A stretch of DNA of 64,000 nt from sequence record DRR378314_1695; one strand, 5' to 3'. The notes under the pieces were generated by a model that worked only from the letters and a program-made list of their open reading frames with translations, was not told the DNA's origin and made no database searches. The translations under genes were made by a program, and so were the position numbers. Positions 50,746-59,503 of this stretch are shown here, piece by piece (position 1 is the first letter of the stretch; each line of letters starts with the position of its first letter).

Positions 50746-50919
50746 TTGTTAGTTTTTAATACCATTAAATAATGGGAAGTTGTATATCTTAAGAACAAAG
50801 GTTTTAATTGGCAATTGGAGCATATACTTCAGGTAGGAAGTCTTCCATAGAATTATAATAAAGTTGCTTCAATGATAATGACCTTCCAGAACATATCCAG
50901 TACTTAAAATCATAAATCC

Positions 50920-52008
50920 CTAACTGGACGATACGGTTCTCAACAATATAAATTCACTAATATTTACCATATCTATAGCCCCGATCAATTTTTCATTACT
51001 TGTTACTGGAAAAAAACTCTTTTTCTCCTTAGCTACAAGTTCCAATACCTTGGTGATTTCTGTAGATTCATCAATCAAAATGAAGTTCTTATCCATAATA
51101 TCCTTGACTAAAATAGAAGGATTCTTAGCATGTTTAATAACATCATTTTGGGTAACTATTCCCTTTATTTCCCTATCCAGCGCTACTACAAAATCCTTTT
51201 CAGTACTGGCCAAAAGGATATCTATAACCTCTTGAACATTATTATCCGGACGTAGTACCGTTATATTGGTCAAGGTGGCTTCCTTTACCAGATGCCCCTT
51301 TAAAAGGAAGTTTTGCCTAACCATTTTATTCTCGCCATACGCCCCGAAAAAAATAAAAAAGGCAATCAGGATTAGAAAGGGATTTACGAAAAAACCGAGG
51401 ATAAAAAATACTACGGCCAAGGACTGCCCAATACTGGCCGCAATGTTGGTTGCCTGCACACGGCTCAATCTAAATGCCAACAAGGCCCTTAGTACCCGCC
51501 CGCCATCCATAGGAAATGCCGGAATAAGATTAAACACTACCAACATTATATTGGCTATAAAAAGATAAAAAAGAAAATTCTGTAGGTTTGGGGCATAAAG
51601 CATCTCTTCTACCATTATATTATCAAAATTAAAATAGCTTTTGATAGGTATTATTAGAGACAATAAAATAGCGATAACAACATTAACGGCCGGACCGGCC
51701 AAGGCTACCAATAGTTCCTGCCCAGGTTTTTCCGGCATTTTATCCAAAGTAGCCACTCCCCCAATGGGTAGAAGTATAATTCTTTGGGTCTTGATGCCAA
51801 ATTTTCTAGCGGTAAGGGCATGACCCAATTCGTGCAATACCACACAGGCCATCAATACCAAAATAAATCCTTGGTTAACGGCTACCCTTTCGAAGTTTCC
51901 GCTATTCTGAAACTCAATAAAACCGGCCCAAATCAATAATAGTGCAAAAGTCCAATGGACCTCCAATTGAATACCGGCAATCTTTCCCAACCTTAAAAAA
52001 CCCTTCAT
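50920..52008 (-). CDS. Site-2 (M50) zinc metalloprotease with C-terminal CBS pair
   Basis: HELGH, AGPAVN, NLIPAFPMDGGR and CBS-like repeats; start ATG 52008. Confidence 0.92.
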   Translation of the reverse strand: MKGFLRLGKIAGIQLEVHWTFALLLIWAGFIEFQNSGNFERVAVNQGFILVLMACVVLHELGHALTARKFGIKTQRIILLPIGGVATLDKMPEKPGQELLVALAGPAVNVVIAILLSLIIPIKSYFNFDNIMVEEMLYAPNLQNFLFYLFIANIMLVVFNLIPAFPMDGGRVLRALLAFRLSRVQATNIAASIGQSLAVVFFILGFFVNPFLILIAFFIFFGAYGENKMVRQNFLLKGHLVKEATLTNITVLRPDNNVQEVIDILLASTEKDFVVALDREIKGIVTQNDVIKHAKNPSILVKDIMDKNFILIDESTEITKVLELVAKEKKSFFPVTSNEKLIGAIDMVNISEFILLRTVSSS

Positions 52009-52022
52009 AAGTAATATTTTGC

Positions 52023-52065
52023 TGAAGATATTTCCACAGCACGACATTGACAATGACAAATGTCA
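52023..52065 (-). promoter_or_regulatory. Crp/Fnr-type box plus -7-like element (M50 protease)
   Basis: A-TGACAAATGTCA-T at 52054-52065; TATCTTCA on the minus strand 23 nt away. Confidence 0.75.
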
Positions 52066-52239
52066 TAAGTGGTAAAATTGCCTATAGGGATACTCTGGGA
52101 CAGGGTGCTTAAATTATTTAAAATTGAAGATTACAGTTTAGCGTAAGACGAACAGGATAACGAATCATTTTAAGGCAATAATAAATCATGTTGCCCCTCT
52201 ACGGAAGAAAAAGTATCCCACACTATCAATTATAGAGAA

Positions 52240-52740
52240 TCAGCCAATTTTTAAATTGCGAATCCGGGCATTTATCGAAGCTATTTCCTCCTTTTGCAAT
52301 TTTCCAATAAGAGTCCTAAAATCCTTTTCCAATCCGGGATCCTGATCTTTAATTTCACATAGGGCCTGTAAAGCGTTTACCCTTACAATTCTACTTTCAG
52401 CAGGGTTGCCCGCCCACTCCTTAAGTTTGGCCAAGACTATTTCCAGCTCTAGGTCATTTAGGGGCAGTCTTGATACCAACAAGGAAAGGTGCCATTTCAA
52501 TTCCTTGTCCTCGGCACTTTGGAGCAATGCCAATAAGTCTCCTTTATGACCGGCAAGATATTCTGGATGCCCAATAGTAATTTTTTCCACGGCATCTGCA
52601 GCCCTCATAACTATTGGCCTATCCTTGGAGTACATATAACGGAATAAAATATCGAAGTCCTTCTGGTCCCTTATTAAAGGTAGAAGAAACTTTACACCTC
52701 CTATGGTCCGTAGATCTCCACCCTCCAAATATTTTCTCAT
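52240..52740 (-). CDS. Hypothetical HEAT/ARM-like helical repeat protein
   Basis: PIVMRAADAVEK and SRIVRVNALQAL repeats. Confidence 0.6.
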   Translation of the reverse strand: MRKYLEGGDLRTIGGVKFLLPLIRDQKDFDILFRYMYSKDRPIVMRAADAVEKITIGHPEYLAGHKGDLLALLQSAEDKELKWHLSLLVSRLPLNDLELEIVLAKLKEWAGNPAESRIVRVNALQALCEIKDQDPGLEKDFRTLIGKLQKEEIASINARIRNLKIG

Positions 52741-52758
52741 TTCTCCTTTATCTATGTC

Positions 52759-53520
52759 TTATGAACTTAGCATGCCTCCATCTACCACATTGGTAGTTCC
52801 TGTTATATACTTGCTCTCCTCCGAGGCCAGGAAAAGGGCCATTGCTGCAATCTCACTAGATTCTGCATAGCGCCCTAAAGGTACGGCAGCCTCAAAGCCC
52901 TTCATTACCTCATCAGGACTGCCGGGCGACATATCCACTTCAATACGCCGCATCATATTATTATTGACGGGACCTGGATGAATGGTATTCACGCGAATTT
53001 TACGTTTGGCATTTTCTTGGGCCGCAACCCTCATTATACCAACTACTGCATGTTTGCTGGCCACATAAGCTCCCAATCCGGAAAAACCCTTTAAACCTGC
53101 CACAGAAGAAGTTATAATAACGCTTCCTCCATCCTGCATTTTCGGAATTACATGCTTGCACCCGAGCCATACCCCTTTTAAATTTACCCCGATTACCTTA
53201 TCGAAAACCTCGTCCGGATAATCCACAATTGGTTTGGAAGTACCTTCAATTCCGGCATTGGCGAAAAATATATCGATCTTTCCATGAACCTCTAAGGTTG
53301 TTTCTACAAATTTTTCGGTGTCTAAGGCTTTAGAAACATCGGCAACACAAATAGACAGATTCTCATGATCTATGGCCAGGATTGCTTTTTCCAAAACCTC
53401 TCTATCAATATCCACGTTAACCACCTTGGCACCTTCTTTCAAAAAGAGTTTGGCCGTAGCCAATCCTATTCCTCCCGCACCGCCTGTAATAACGGCTACT
53501 TTATCCTTTAATCGGCCCAT
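52759..53520 (-). CDS. SDR family oxidoreductase
   Basis: TGGAGGIG, NAG, catalytic YVASK; start ATG 53520. Confidence 0.93.
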   Translation of the reverse strand: MGRLKDKVAVITGGAGGIGLATAKLFLKEGAKVVNVDIDREVLEKAILAIDHENLSICVADVSKALDTEKFVETTLEVHGKIDIFFANAGIEGTSKPIVDYPDEVFDKVIGVNLKGVWLGCKHVIPKMQDGGSVIITSSVAGLKGFSGLGAYVASKHAVVGIMRVAAQENAKRKIRVNTIHPGPVNNNMMRRIEVDMSPGSPDEVMKGFEAAVPLGRYAESSEIAAMALFLASEESKYITGTTNVVDGGMLSS

Positions 53521-53522
53521 TT

Positions 53523-54161
53523 TTAATTGTTTAATGTTATCTTTCTTACTTCCCAACCTTGATCCTGAGTATTTACCGCAACAAGACCAGCAGATAATTG
53601 TTTTACCCCCATTGCAGGCATCTGGTACCTTCTTTTGGTCATTTGGATATTGTACCTTCTATTGAAGAACTCTATAATTTCCCCTGAAGTGTCCAACATA
53701 ACATCGTGAAACTTAAATTCATAAATATCTAGATTGAACTCGTTTTTTCCCTTCATAGATTTCTCAAAAAGGACCGCCGTGGTAAAACCATCCTTAAAAG
53801 GGTAAACATTTAATAGCTGGGGTTCAAGTACTACATTACCCTTGGTATCTATAAACCCATAAACGGGAACACCATCCTCCACAATTTTAGTAATTAGGCA
53901 CCGTCCTTCATTGAACATAGGGTATTGAACACCGGAAATATCCTTTTTTGAGGTATCGGCATCCTTGTTCCAATAAATATCGTTGCGAAAATCAATGACC
54001 ATTGTACCCTCTTCATTAATAAATCCCCATTGATTTCCTTGTCTAACGGCCGCCAATCCTTCGCTAAACGGAGCTATCTCATCAATGTTCTTAACGGTTT
54101 GGGAATGGAATACATTTGGAAGCATAAGCATTATGAATGCCGTAATAATAAATTTTTTCAT
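53523..54161 (-). CDS. Secreted WG (KWG) repeat protein
   Basis: Signal peptide; FSEGLAAV..WGFINEEG and FNEG..YGFIDTKG repeats. Confidence 0.85.
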   Translation of the reverse strand: MKKFIITAFIMLMLPNVFHSQTVKNIDEIAPFSEGLAAVRQGNQWGFINEEGTMVIDFRNDIYWNKDADTSKKDISGVQYPMFNEGRCLITKIVEDGVPVYGFIDTKGNVVLEPQLLNVYPFKDGFTTAVLFEKSMKGKNEFNLDIYEFKFHDVMLDTSGEIIEFFNRRYNIQMTKRRYQMPAMGVKQLSAGLVAVNTQDQGWEVRKITLNN

Positions 54162-54182
54162 GACTTTGAATTTTAGTTTCCT

Positions 54183-54225
54183 CTAAAATAGTGTATCGCA
54201 ATCCAGTACAAAATGACCAATGTCA
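54183..54225 (-). promoter_or_regulatory. Crp/Fnr-type box plus -7 element (WG-SDR operon)
   Basis: AA-TGACCAATGTCA-TT at 54214-54225; TATTTTAG on the minus strand 23 nt away. Confidence 0.82.
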
Positions 54226-54353
54226 TTAGTGTACAAATATAAAAGCCCAAGCTCGGCCTTTCATCCATGTTATTGATTTGGAAGAGTATATAAAATATTA
54301 GCCCTCCCAAATTTCAGGGCTCCGAAAAGTGTCTTTAATTAAAACTGATATAG

Positions 54354-54396
54354 TGACCAATATCATTTTAAATAGTCCGGCTGCTATATATTTTTG
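54354..54396 (+). promoter_or_regulatory. Crp/Fnr-type box plus -7 element (usp)
   Basis: TGACCAATATCA at 54354-54365; TATTTTTG at 54389-54396. Confidence 0.85.
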
Positions 54397-54543
54397 TTTA
54401 AGAATATTTTGACATTCTAAAGAGACCTTGGCCCAATGCAACCAGAATTGACAATTTTGCAAGGGGACTATCTCCCCACATTAGGGAATTGAAACGGCTG
54501 CCAAAAATGGAACAAAGATGATTACAACCCAAAAAAATATACA

Positions 54544-55368
54544 ATGAAACATATATTGGTACCTGTTGATTTTTCCGAGCACTCGGCCTATGCGCTGGAG
54601 GCTGCGGCTGGTATAGCAAAACAGCAGAACGCGGATATTACCATAATACATATGCTGGGAATTTCCGAGGCAGTAATTGCCGAAGAGGAATTATTGGAGT
54701 ACGAAGAAGCCAAATACTTCATGGGGCTTGCAAAGAAAAAATTTAAGCCCTTTCTGGACAAACCTTATTTAAAGGGCATCACTATTCATAAAATAGTGCA
54801 GAATTATAAGGTATTCAGTGAGCTCAACAATGTTGCCAAGGAACAAAATATTGATTTGATCGTAATGGGATCACATGGTAGTACTGGTTTCAACGAGATT
54901 TTTATAGGCTCCAATACCGAAAAGGTGGTACGTAATTCCGATGTCCCGGTTTTGGTTATAAAGGAGCAAAAATCAAACTTCACCATAAAGAATATCCTTT
55001 TCGCCTGTAGTTTTTCGGAGGACATGGTTATGGCCTATAAAAATGTTAAGCTTATGGCTCAAAAATTTTCGGCCAAATTAAAATTGGTATACATCAATAC
55101 CCCATATCAGGATTTTTTGAGTTCACAGGAAGCTGACGATCGCATGGCCAAATTCATGTCCAAGGCCGGGGATACCCAAGCTAAAGTTGAAATTTATAAT
55201 GACCGTAGTGTGGAAAATGGGATACTTAATTTTAGTAAGACCGAAAAATTTGACCTTCTCGCACTTCCAACACATGGAAGAAAAGGCCTTTCTCATTTCT
55301 TATTGGGCAGTATTGGTGAAGATATCGCCAACCACGCAAGATTGCCGGTAATGACATTTAAGATCTGA
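54544..55368 (+). CDS. Universal stress protein (tandem USP domains)
   Basis: ILVPVDFS, IVMGSHG, GSNT; second domain THGRKG..GS. Confidence 0.95.
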   Translation: MKHILVPVDFSEHSAYALEAAAGIAKQQNADITIIHMLGISEAVIAEEELLEYEEAKYFMGLAKKKFKPFLDKPYLKGITIHKIVQNYKVFSELNNVAKEQNIDLIVMGSHGSTGFNEIFIGSNTEKVVRNSDVPVLVIKEQKSNFTIKNILFACSFSEDMVMAYKNVKLMAQKFSAKLKLVYINTPYQDFLSSQEADDRMAKFMSKAGDTQAKVEIYNDRSVENGILNFSKTEKFDLLALPTHGRKGLSHFLLGSIGEDIANHARLPVMTFKI

Positions 55369-55401
55369 TCAATGATCGGAGTCCCAAATAATACTAAAGG
55401 T

Positions 55402-55806
55402 TTATTCTTTTAGCAAAAGTTCCAATTTGCCCAGCATTACCAATTCTGCTTTATTTTTTCCTGAAAAACTATTGGAAATGGCGTTTGCGGTATCCAAAAT
55501 AAGTACCTTGATAAACTTACTGAACATATTGCTATTATCTTTATAGAACTCCTTAAACTCATCGAAGCAAACTTCACTATCCTTCTCTTTGTCCATGGCC
55601 CAATCGAATACCGATTCTATTTGAAAAGCGGCATCTGTTCCAAATTCATCTTCCAGCTCATCAACCTCCAACCAATATTTTCTAATAAAGGACCTTAACT
55701 TACTTACTTCCTTGGCATGTACGCGGGAATCTGCCATGGCAATGGCGTAGAATAATTTTCCCAGGTTTTCATACAGTTCCTTACCTATTTTCCTTGTATT
55801 TTCCAT
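55402..55806 (-). CDS. TerB-like hypothetical protein
   Basis: LFYAIAMADSRVHAKE...AISNSFSGKNKAE resembles the TerB ADG..E repeats. Confidence 0.55.
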   Translation of the reverse strand: MENTRKIGKELYENLGKLFYAIAMADSRVHAKEVSKLRSFIRKYWLEVDELEDEFGTDAAFQIESVFDWAMDKEKDSEVCFDEFKEFYKDNSNMFSKFIKVLILDTANAISNSFSGKNKAELVMLGKLELLLKE

Positions 55807-55831
55807 GTTTAGATTGTTATAGACAATGAGC

Positions 55832-55894
55832 TAAAATTAGCAAATAGCCCAAGTATTATATATGACAATAATCAGTTTAAAAATTTTATCTTTG
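55832..55894. promoter_or_regulatory. Crp/Fnr-type box, activator geometry for the TerB-like gene and overlapping the heme-PAS kinase promoter
   Basis: TGACAATAATCA at 55863-55874; TAATTTTA (minus) 23 nt away; TATCTTTG (plus) at 55887-55894, only 12 nt away. Confidence 0.75.
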
Positions 55895-55898
55895 GCTT

Positions 55899-57410
55899 AT
55901 GCAGGCCTTTCAAAAAAACAGTGAAATATTCAACCTTCTTTCGGAAGGGGTATCCGAAGGAATTATAGTTGTCAATACCCAACAGCTTATAGTAGCCACT
56001 AATTCCTCGGCCGGGAGAATGTTTGGTTACAGTAAGGGAGAGCTCCTTGGAAAACCCTTGGACACCCTAATACCTAGAAGGTACCACGGGCATCACGGTC
56101 ACCATGTGGAGGACTTTATTGATAAAAGTGAACGTCGGCAAATGGGCCGGGGCAGGGATTTACATGGGGTAAGAAAAAACGGTGAGGAATTTCCTGTTGA
56201 GGCGGGTCTAAATCCGTTTAAGCTTTATGACGAAACCTATGTCATGGCCCTAGTAATTGATATTACCGAACGCAAGGTCAAAGAAAAAGAACTAAGCCAT
56301 TGGGCAAGGATATTTGATGAATCCCTCAATGAAATCTACGTTTTCGACGCCATCTCAAAATATTTTGTAAACGTAAACAAAGAGGCCCAGCGAAATATGG
56401 GCTATAACCTGGAAGAATTTAAGACATTGAAGCCATTGGACATTAAGCCCCATATGGACTCCCCACAATTCCAATTGCTAATAGAACCCTTGCTTAACGG
56501 CTCAAGGGACAAGGTAAAGTTTGAAACCGACCATCAAAGAAAGGACGGGTCTATCTATCCCGTAGAAGTACATTTGCAACTATCTACATTTGGTGAAAAA
56601 GATGTTATTGTAGCTATAATACTTGATATTACAGAGAGAAGGAATTATACCGAAAAGCTGGAAAAAAAGGTCCAAGAGCGTACCAAACAACTTACGGAAG
56701 CCTTGGCCAAGGAGAAGGAATTGAACGAGCTAAAAACACGCTTCCTTTCCTTGGTTTCCCATGAATTCAAGACCCCTTTGAGCAGTATACTTACCTCTAT
56801 TACCTTATTGTCCAAGTATACCGAAAGTCACCAACAGGAAAAGAGGGATAAGCACGTTGAAACCATAAAGAACAAAGTACGCTATCTGGATACTATTTTG
56901 ACCGATTTTCTTTCGGTGGAGCGTTTGGATTCTGGAAAGGTAAATTACAAGTTAGAAACTTTCCCTTTAAGCAAAATTGTAAACGAGGTAGTCTATGGTG
57001 CCAACATGCTCCTTAAGGCGGGCCAAACCATTAAATATCCGGAGAATATCGATGATATTTTCATCAGATTTGACGAAAAAACCTTGGAACTGGCCTTGTC
57101 CAACCTAATACATAATGCCATTAAATATTCCCCAGAAGATACAACTATAAGTCTAGCGGTGAGCAATGGTAAGGACACCGTACTAATAGATGTGATCGAT
57201 CGTGGCATTGGCATACCTGCACAGGACCAAAAACATATTTTTAATCGTTATTTTAGGGCGGAAAATGCATTGTTGAACCAAGGTACGGGTATTGGACTTA
57301 ACATTGCTAAACAGCATTTGGAAAATCTTGGCGCCACTATTGAATTTACCAGTGAAGAAAACAAAGGATCTATATTTACTATAGTTATCCCTTTAGAAAA
57401 CATAAATTGA
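55899..57410 (+). CDS. FixL-like heme-PAS sensor histidine kinase
   Basis: PAS-A LIPRRYHGHH...MGRGRDLHGVRKNGEEFPVE, second PAS, H-box SHEFKTPL, NAIKYS, GTGIGL. Confidence 0.9.
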   Translation: MQAFQKNSEIFNLLSEGVSEGIIVVNTQQLIVATNSSAGRMFGYSKGELLGKPLDTLIPRRYHGHHGHHVEDFIDKSERRQMGRGRDLHGVRKNGEEFPVEAGLNPFKLYDETYVMALVIDITERKVKEKELSHWARIFDESLNEIYVFDAISKYFVNVNKEAQRNMGYNLEEFKTLKPLDIKPHMDSPQFQLLIEPLLNGSRDKVKFETDHQRKDGSIYPVEVHLQLSTFGEKDVIVAIILDITERRNYTEKLEKKVQERTKQLTEALAKEKELNELKTRFLSLVSHEFKTPLSSILTSITLLSKYTESHQQEKRDKHVETIKNKVRYLDTILTDFLSVERLDSGKVNYKLETFPLSKIVNEVVYGANMLLKAGQTIKYPENIDDIFIRFDEKTLELALSNLIHNAIKYSPEDTTISLAVSNGKDTVLIDVIDRGIGIPAQDQKHIFNRYFRAENALLNQGTGIGLNIAKQHLENLGATIEFTSEENKGSIFTIVIPLENIN

Positions 57411-57417
57411 AAGAGCA

Positions 57418-58470
57418 ATGAAGACAATTCTATTAATCGAGGACGATAGGGCCTTGCGTGAAAATACCGAAGAGCTTTTGGAGCTTTCAGGTTATTCCAT
57501 GATTACGGCCCCAAACGGAAAAATTGGTATTCAAATGGCCAAGGAAAAATTGCCGGATATTATTGTCTGCGATATTATGATGCCAGAGGTGGATGGTTAT
57601 GGCGTTCTAAAGGACTTGTCTTCAGACGAAAGCACCAAACATATTCCCTTTATATTCCTATCTGCCAAAACCGAACATAAAGAGATACGACGTGGAATGG
57701 ATCTGGGCGCCGATGATTACCTTACCAAGCCTTTTGAAGAGGAAGACCTCATAAACGCCATAGAAAGTAGATTGGCCAAAGTGGAACTATTGGGGCGTAT
57801 GGCAAAGGAAGGGACGCTGGATCCGGCAGTTTCGGAAGATCAGATACGCACCTTGAACGAGTTGAAGAATTTTTTTGACGACAATGGAGAACCCACTAGT
57901 TTTCCCCAAGGCAGTACCATCTACCAAGAAGGGACCTATTCTCATAAAATATACCTTATCCTAAAAGGGGTCGTAAAATGCCATACTATGGACGAGGACG
58001 GAAAAGAATTGATCACTTCCCTGTTTAGGGCAGATGACTTTTTAGGATTTACCTCCTTTATAGACAATATTCCTTATCAGGAATCGGCAACCGCCATCGA
58101 GGATGTGGAACTGGCCGGGATATCCAAGGAAAATTTAAAGCAGGTGTTGGAAAAGAACCACAATATCTCCTTGGAACTCATGGAACTGCTTACTGGAAAT
58201 ATTAAGGACATAAAACAGCAATTGTTGCAAATGGCCTATAGTTCCGTGCGAAAGAAAACCGCCCAAACCTTGTTGCAGTTCGCAGAAATAATGAACAAAA
58301 AAACCGAGGATCCCATTAAAATTTCCCGAAATGATCTGGCCAGTGTAGCCGGTATTGCTACCGAAAGCCTTATCCGCACGCTGTCCGGATTCAAAAAGGA
58401 AGGACTAATAGACATTGAAGGCAGAAATATCCGTATCAAGGAATTAAAGGCCCTGCAATACATCAATTAA
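57418..58470 (+). CDS. Response regulator, REC plus cNMP-binding-like plus Crp/Fnr HTH
   Basis: LLIEDD, CDIMMP, TKPF; HTH RNDLASVAGIATESLIRTL; paralog of 39073..40140. Confidence 0.92.
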   Translation: MKTILLIEDDRALRENTEELLELSGYSMITAPNGKIGIQMAKEKLPDIIVCDIMMPEVDGYGVLKDLSSDESTKHIPFIFLSAKTEHKEIRRGMDLGADDYLTKPFEEEDLINAIESRLAKVELLGRMAKEGTLDPAVSEDQIRTLNELKNFFDDNGEPTSFPQGSTIYQEGTYSHKIYLILKGVVKCHTMDEDGKELITSLFRADDFLGFTSFIDNIPYQESATAIEDVELAGISKENLKQVLEKNHNISLELMELLTGNIKDIKQQLLQMAYSSVRKKTAQTLLQFAEIMNKKTEDPIKISRNDLASVAGIATESLIRTLSGFKKEGLIDIEGRNIRIKELKALQYIN

Positions 58471-58503
58471 GGATATTCTTAACACTATATTTTTACTGGA
58501 AAC

Positions 58504-58546
58504 TGACCAATGTCATATTACAGTTATGGCCATAAGTTTAGTTTTG
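58504..58546 (+). promoter_or_regulatory. Crp/Fnr-type box plus -7 element (usp array)
   Basis: TGACCAATGTCA at 58504-58515; TAGTTTTG at 58539-58546. Confidence 0.87.
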
Positions 58547-58571
58547 TATTGATGTAGCTATTTAATTTTGA

Positions 58572-59408
58572 ATGAAGAATATACTGTTCCCCACCGATTT
58601 TTCCGAAAATTCATGGTACGCAATTGAATATGCCTTAAAGCTGTTCAAAGATGCTCCCTGTAATTTTTATGTACTCCATGTTGATGCTTTAAGTAGATCC
58701 GGTGTGGACAGCAATTCCTTTGTTATGCCATTCAAAAGTATTAATGTGGCCCTTAAGGATAATCTAGAGGATACCTTTGCCCGTATTAAGACCATTACCA
58801 CCAACAAGGAACATAATTTTATCGCCCTCCATGAATATGGAAATCTCATAGATATTGTTCGAAAGACCATATCGGACAAAAAGATAAATCTAATTGTCAT
58901 GGGGACCAAAGGGGCTTCGGGCTTAAAAGAAACCATTTTGGGCAGCAATACCGGGAATGTCATGACCAAAGTACCCTGTAATCTATTGGTGATTCCAGAA
59001 AAAGCCGTGCAGTGCATCCCTCAAGAAATTGCCTTTCCTACCGATTACAATAATTTCTATTCCCATTCTATTTTGGAGGCGATTTCAAAAATGCTCCGTC
59101 TCACCAAAGCCAACCTAAGTGTTGTTAATGTCTCGAAGCCCAGTGTACAATTAAATGAAGCCCAAAATCAGAATATGGTCTATTTACAGGACTATCTGCT
59201 GGAACTTTATGAAAAATCGCATAGTATCCACAACCTAAAACATGAAAAGGCCAAAAGTGCCATTGAGCAATTTGTTGTCAGTGAGAAAATAGATATGGTG
59301 ATCATGGTGGCCAAGAACCTAAATTTTCTGCAACAGCTGCTGTTCGACACCACCATTAAAAAAATTAGTTTTCAGACGAGGATTCCTTTACTTGTCCTCC
59401 ACGAATAA
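58572..59408 (+). CDS. Universal stress protein
   Basis: ILFPTDFS, IVMGTKG, GSNT, AFPTDY. Confidence 0.94.
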   Translation: MKNILFPTDFSENSWYAIEYALKLFKDAPCNFYVLHVDALSRSGVDSNSFVMPFKSINVALKDNLEDTFARIKTITTNKEHNFIALHEYGNLIDIVRKTISDKKINLIVMGTKGASGLKETILGSNTGNVMTKVPCNLLVIPEKAVQCIPQEIAFPTDYNNFYSHSILEAISKMLRLTKANLSVVNVSKPSVQLNEAQNQNMVYLQDYLLELYEKSHSIHNLKHEKAKSAIEQFVVSEKIDMVIMVAKNLNFLQQLLFDTTIKKISFQTRIPLLVLHE

Positions 59409-59438
59409 ACGCACCCCCATGGGTTGATATAGGGCTAC

Positions 59439-59481
59439 TGATAAATGTCATAGGTTTTATATGTCGCTACCAATAACTTTG
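59439..59481 (+). promoter_or_regulatory. Crp/Fnr-type box plus -7 element (usp array)
   Basis: TGATAAATGTCA at 59439-59450; TAACTTTG at 59474-59481. Confidence 0.87.
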
Positions 59482-59503
59482 ATAGGTATACAAAAGAAAA
59501 CCT

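Noticed and set aside
54436-54492. 18-codon ORF (MQPELTILQGDYLPTLGN) in the usp leader
   Set aside because: Length is expected by chance and there is no independent support.
56085-56105. His-rich HGHHGHH as a separate metal-binding tag
   Set aside because: It falls in the PAS helix that carries the FixL-equivalent proximal heme His.
39073-58470. Regulators as canonical O2-sensing Fe-S FNR proteins
   Set aside because: They lack the N-terminal Cys cluster and have an intact receiver domain instead.
22033-58519. Identical 19-mer AACTGACCAATGTCATATT at 22033 and 58501, and identical 16-mer at 25245 and 38045, as possible att sites or CRISPR repeats
   Set aside because: Both are explained as copies of the operator; there is no integrase, regular spacing or cas gene.
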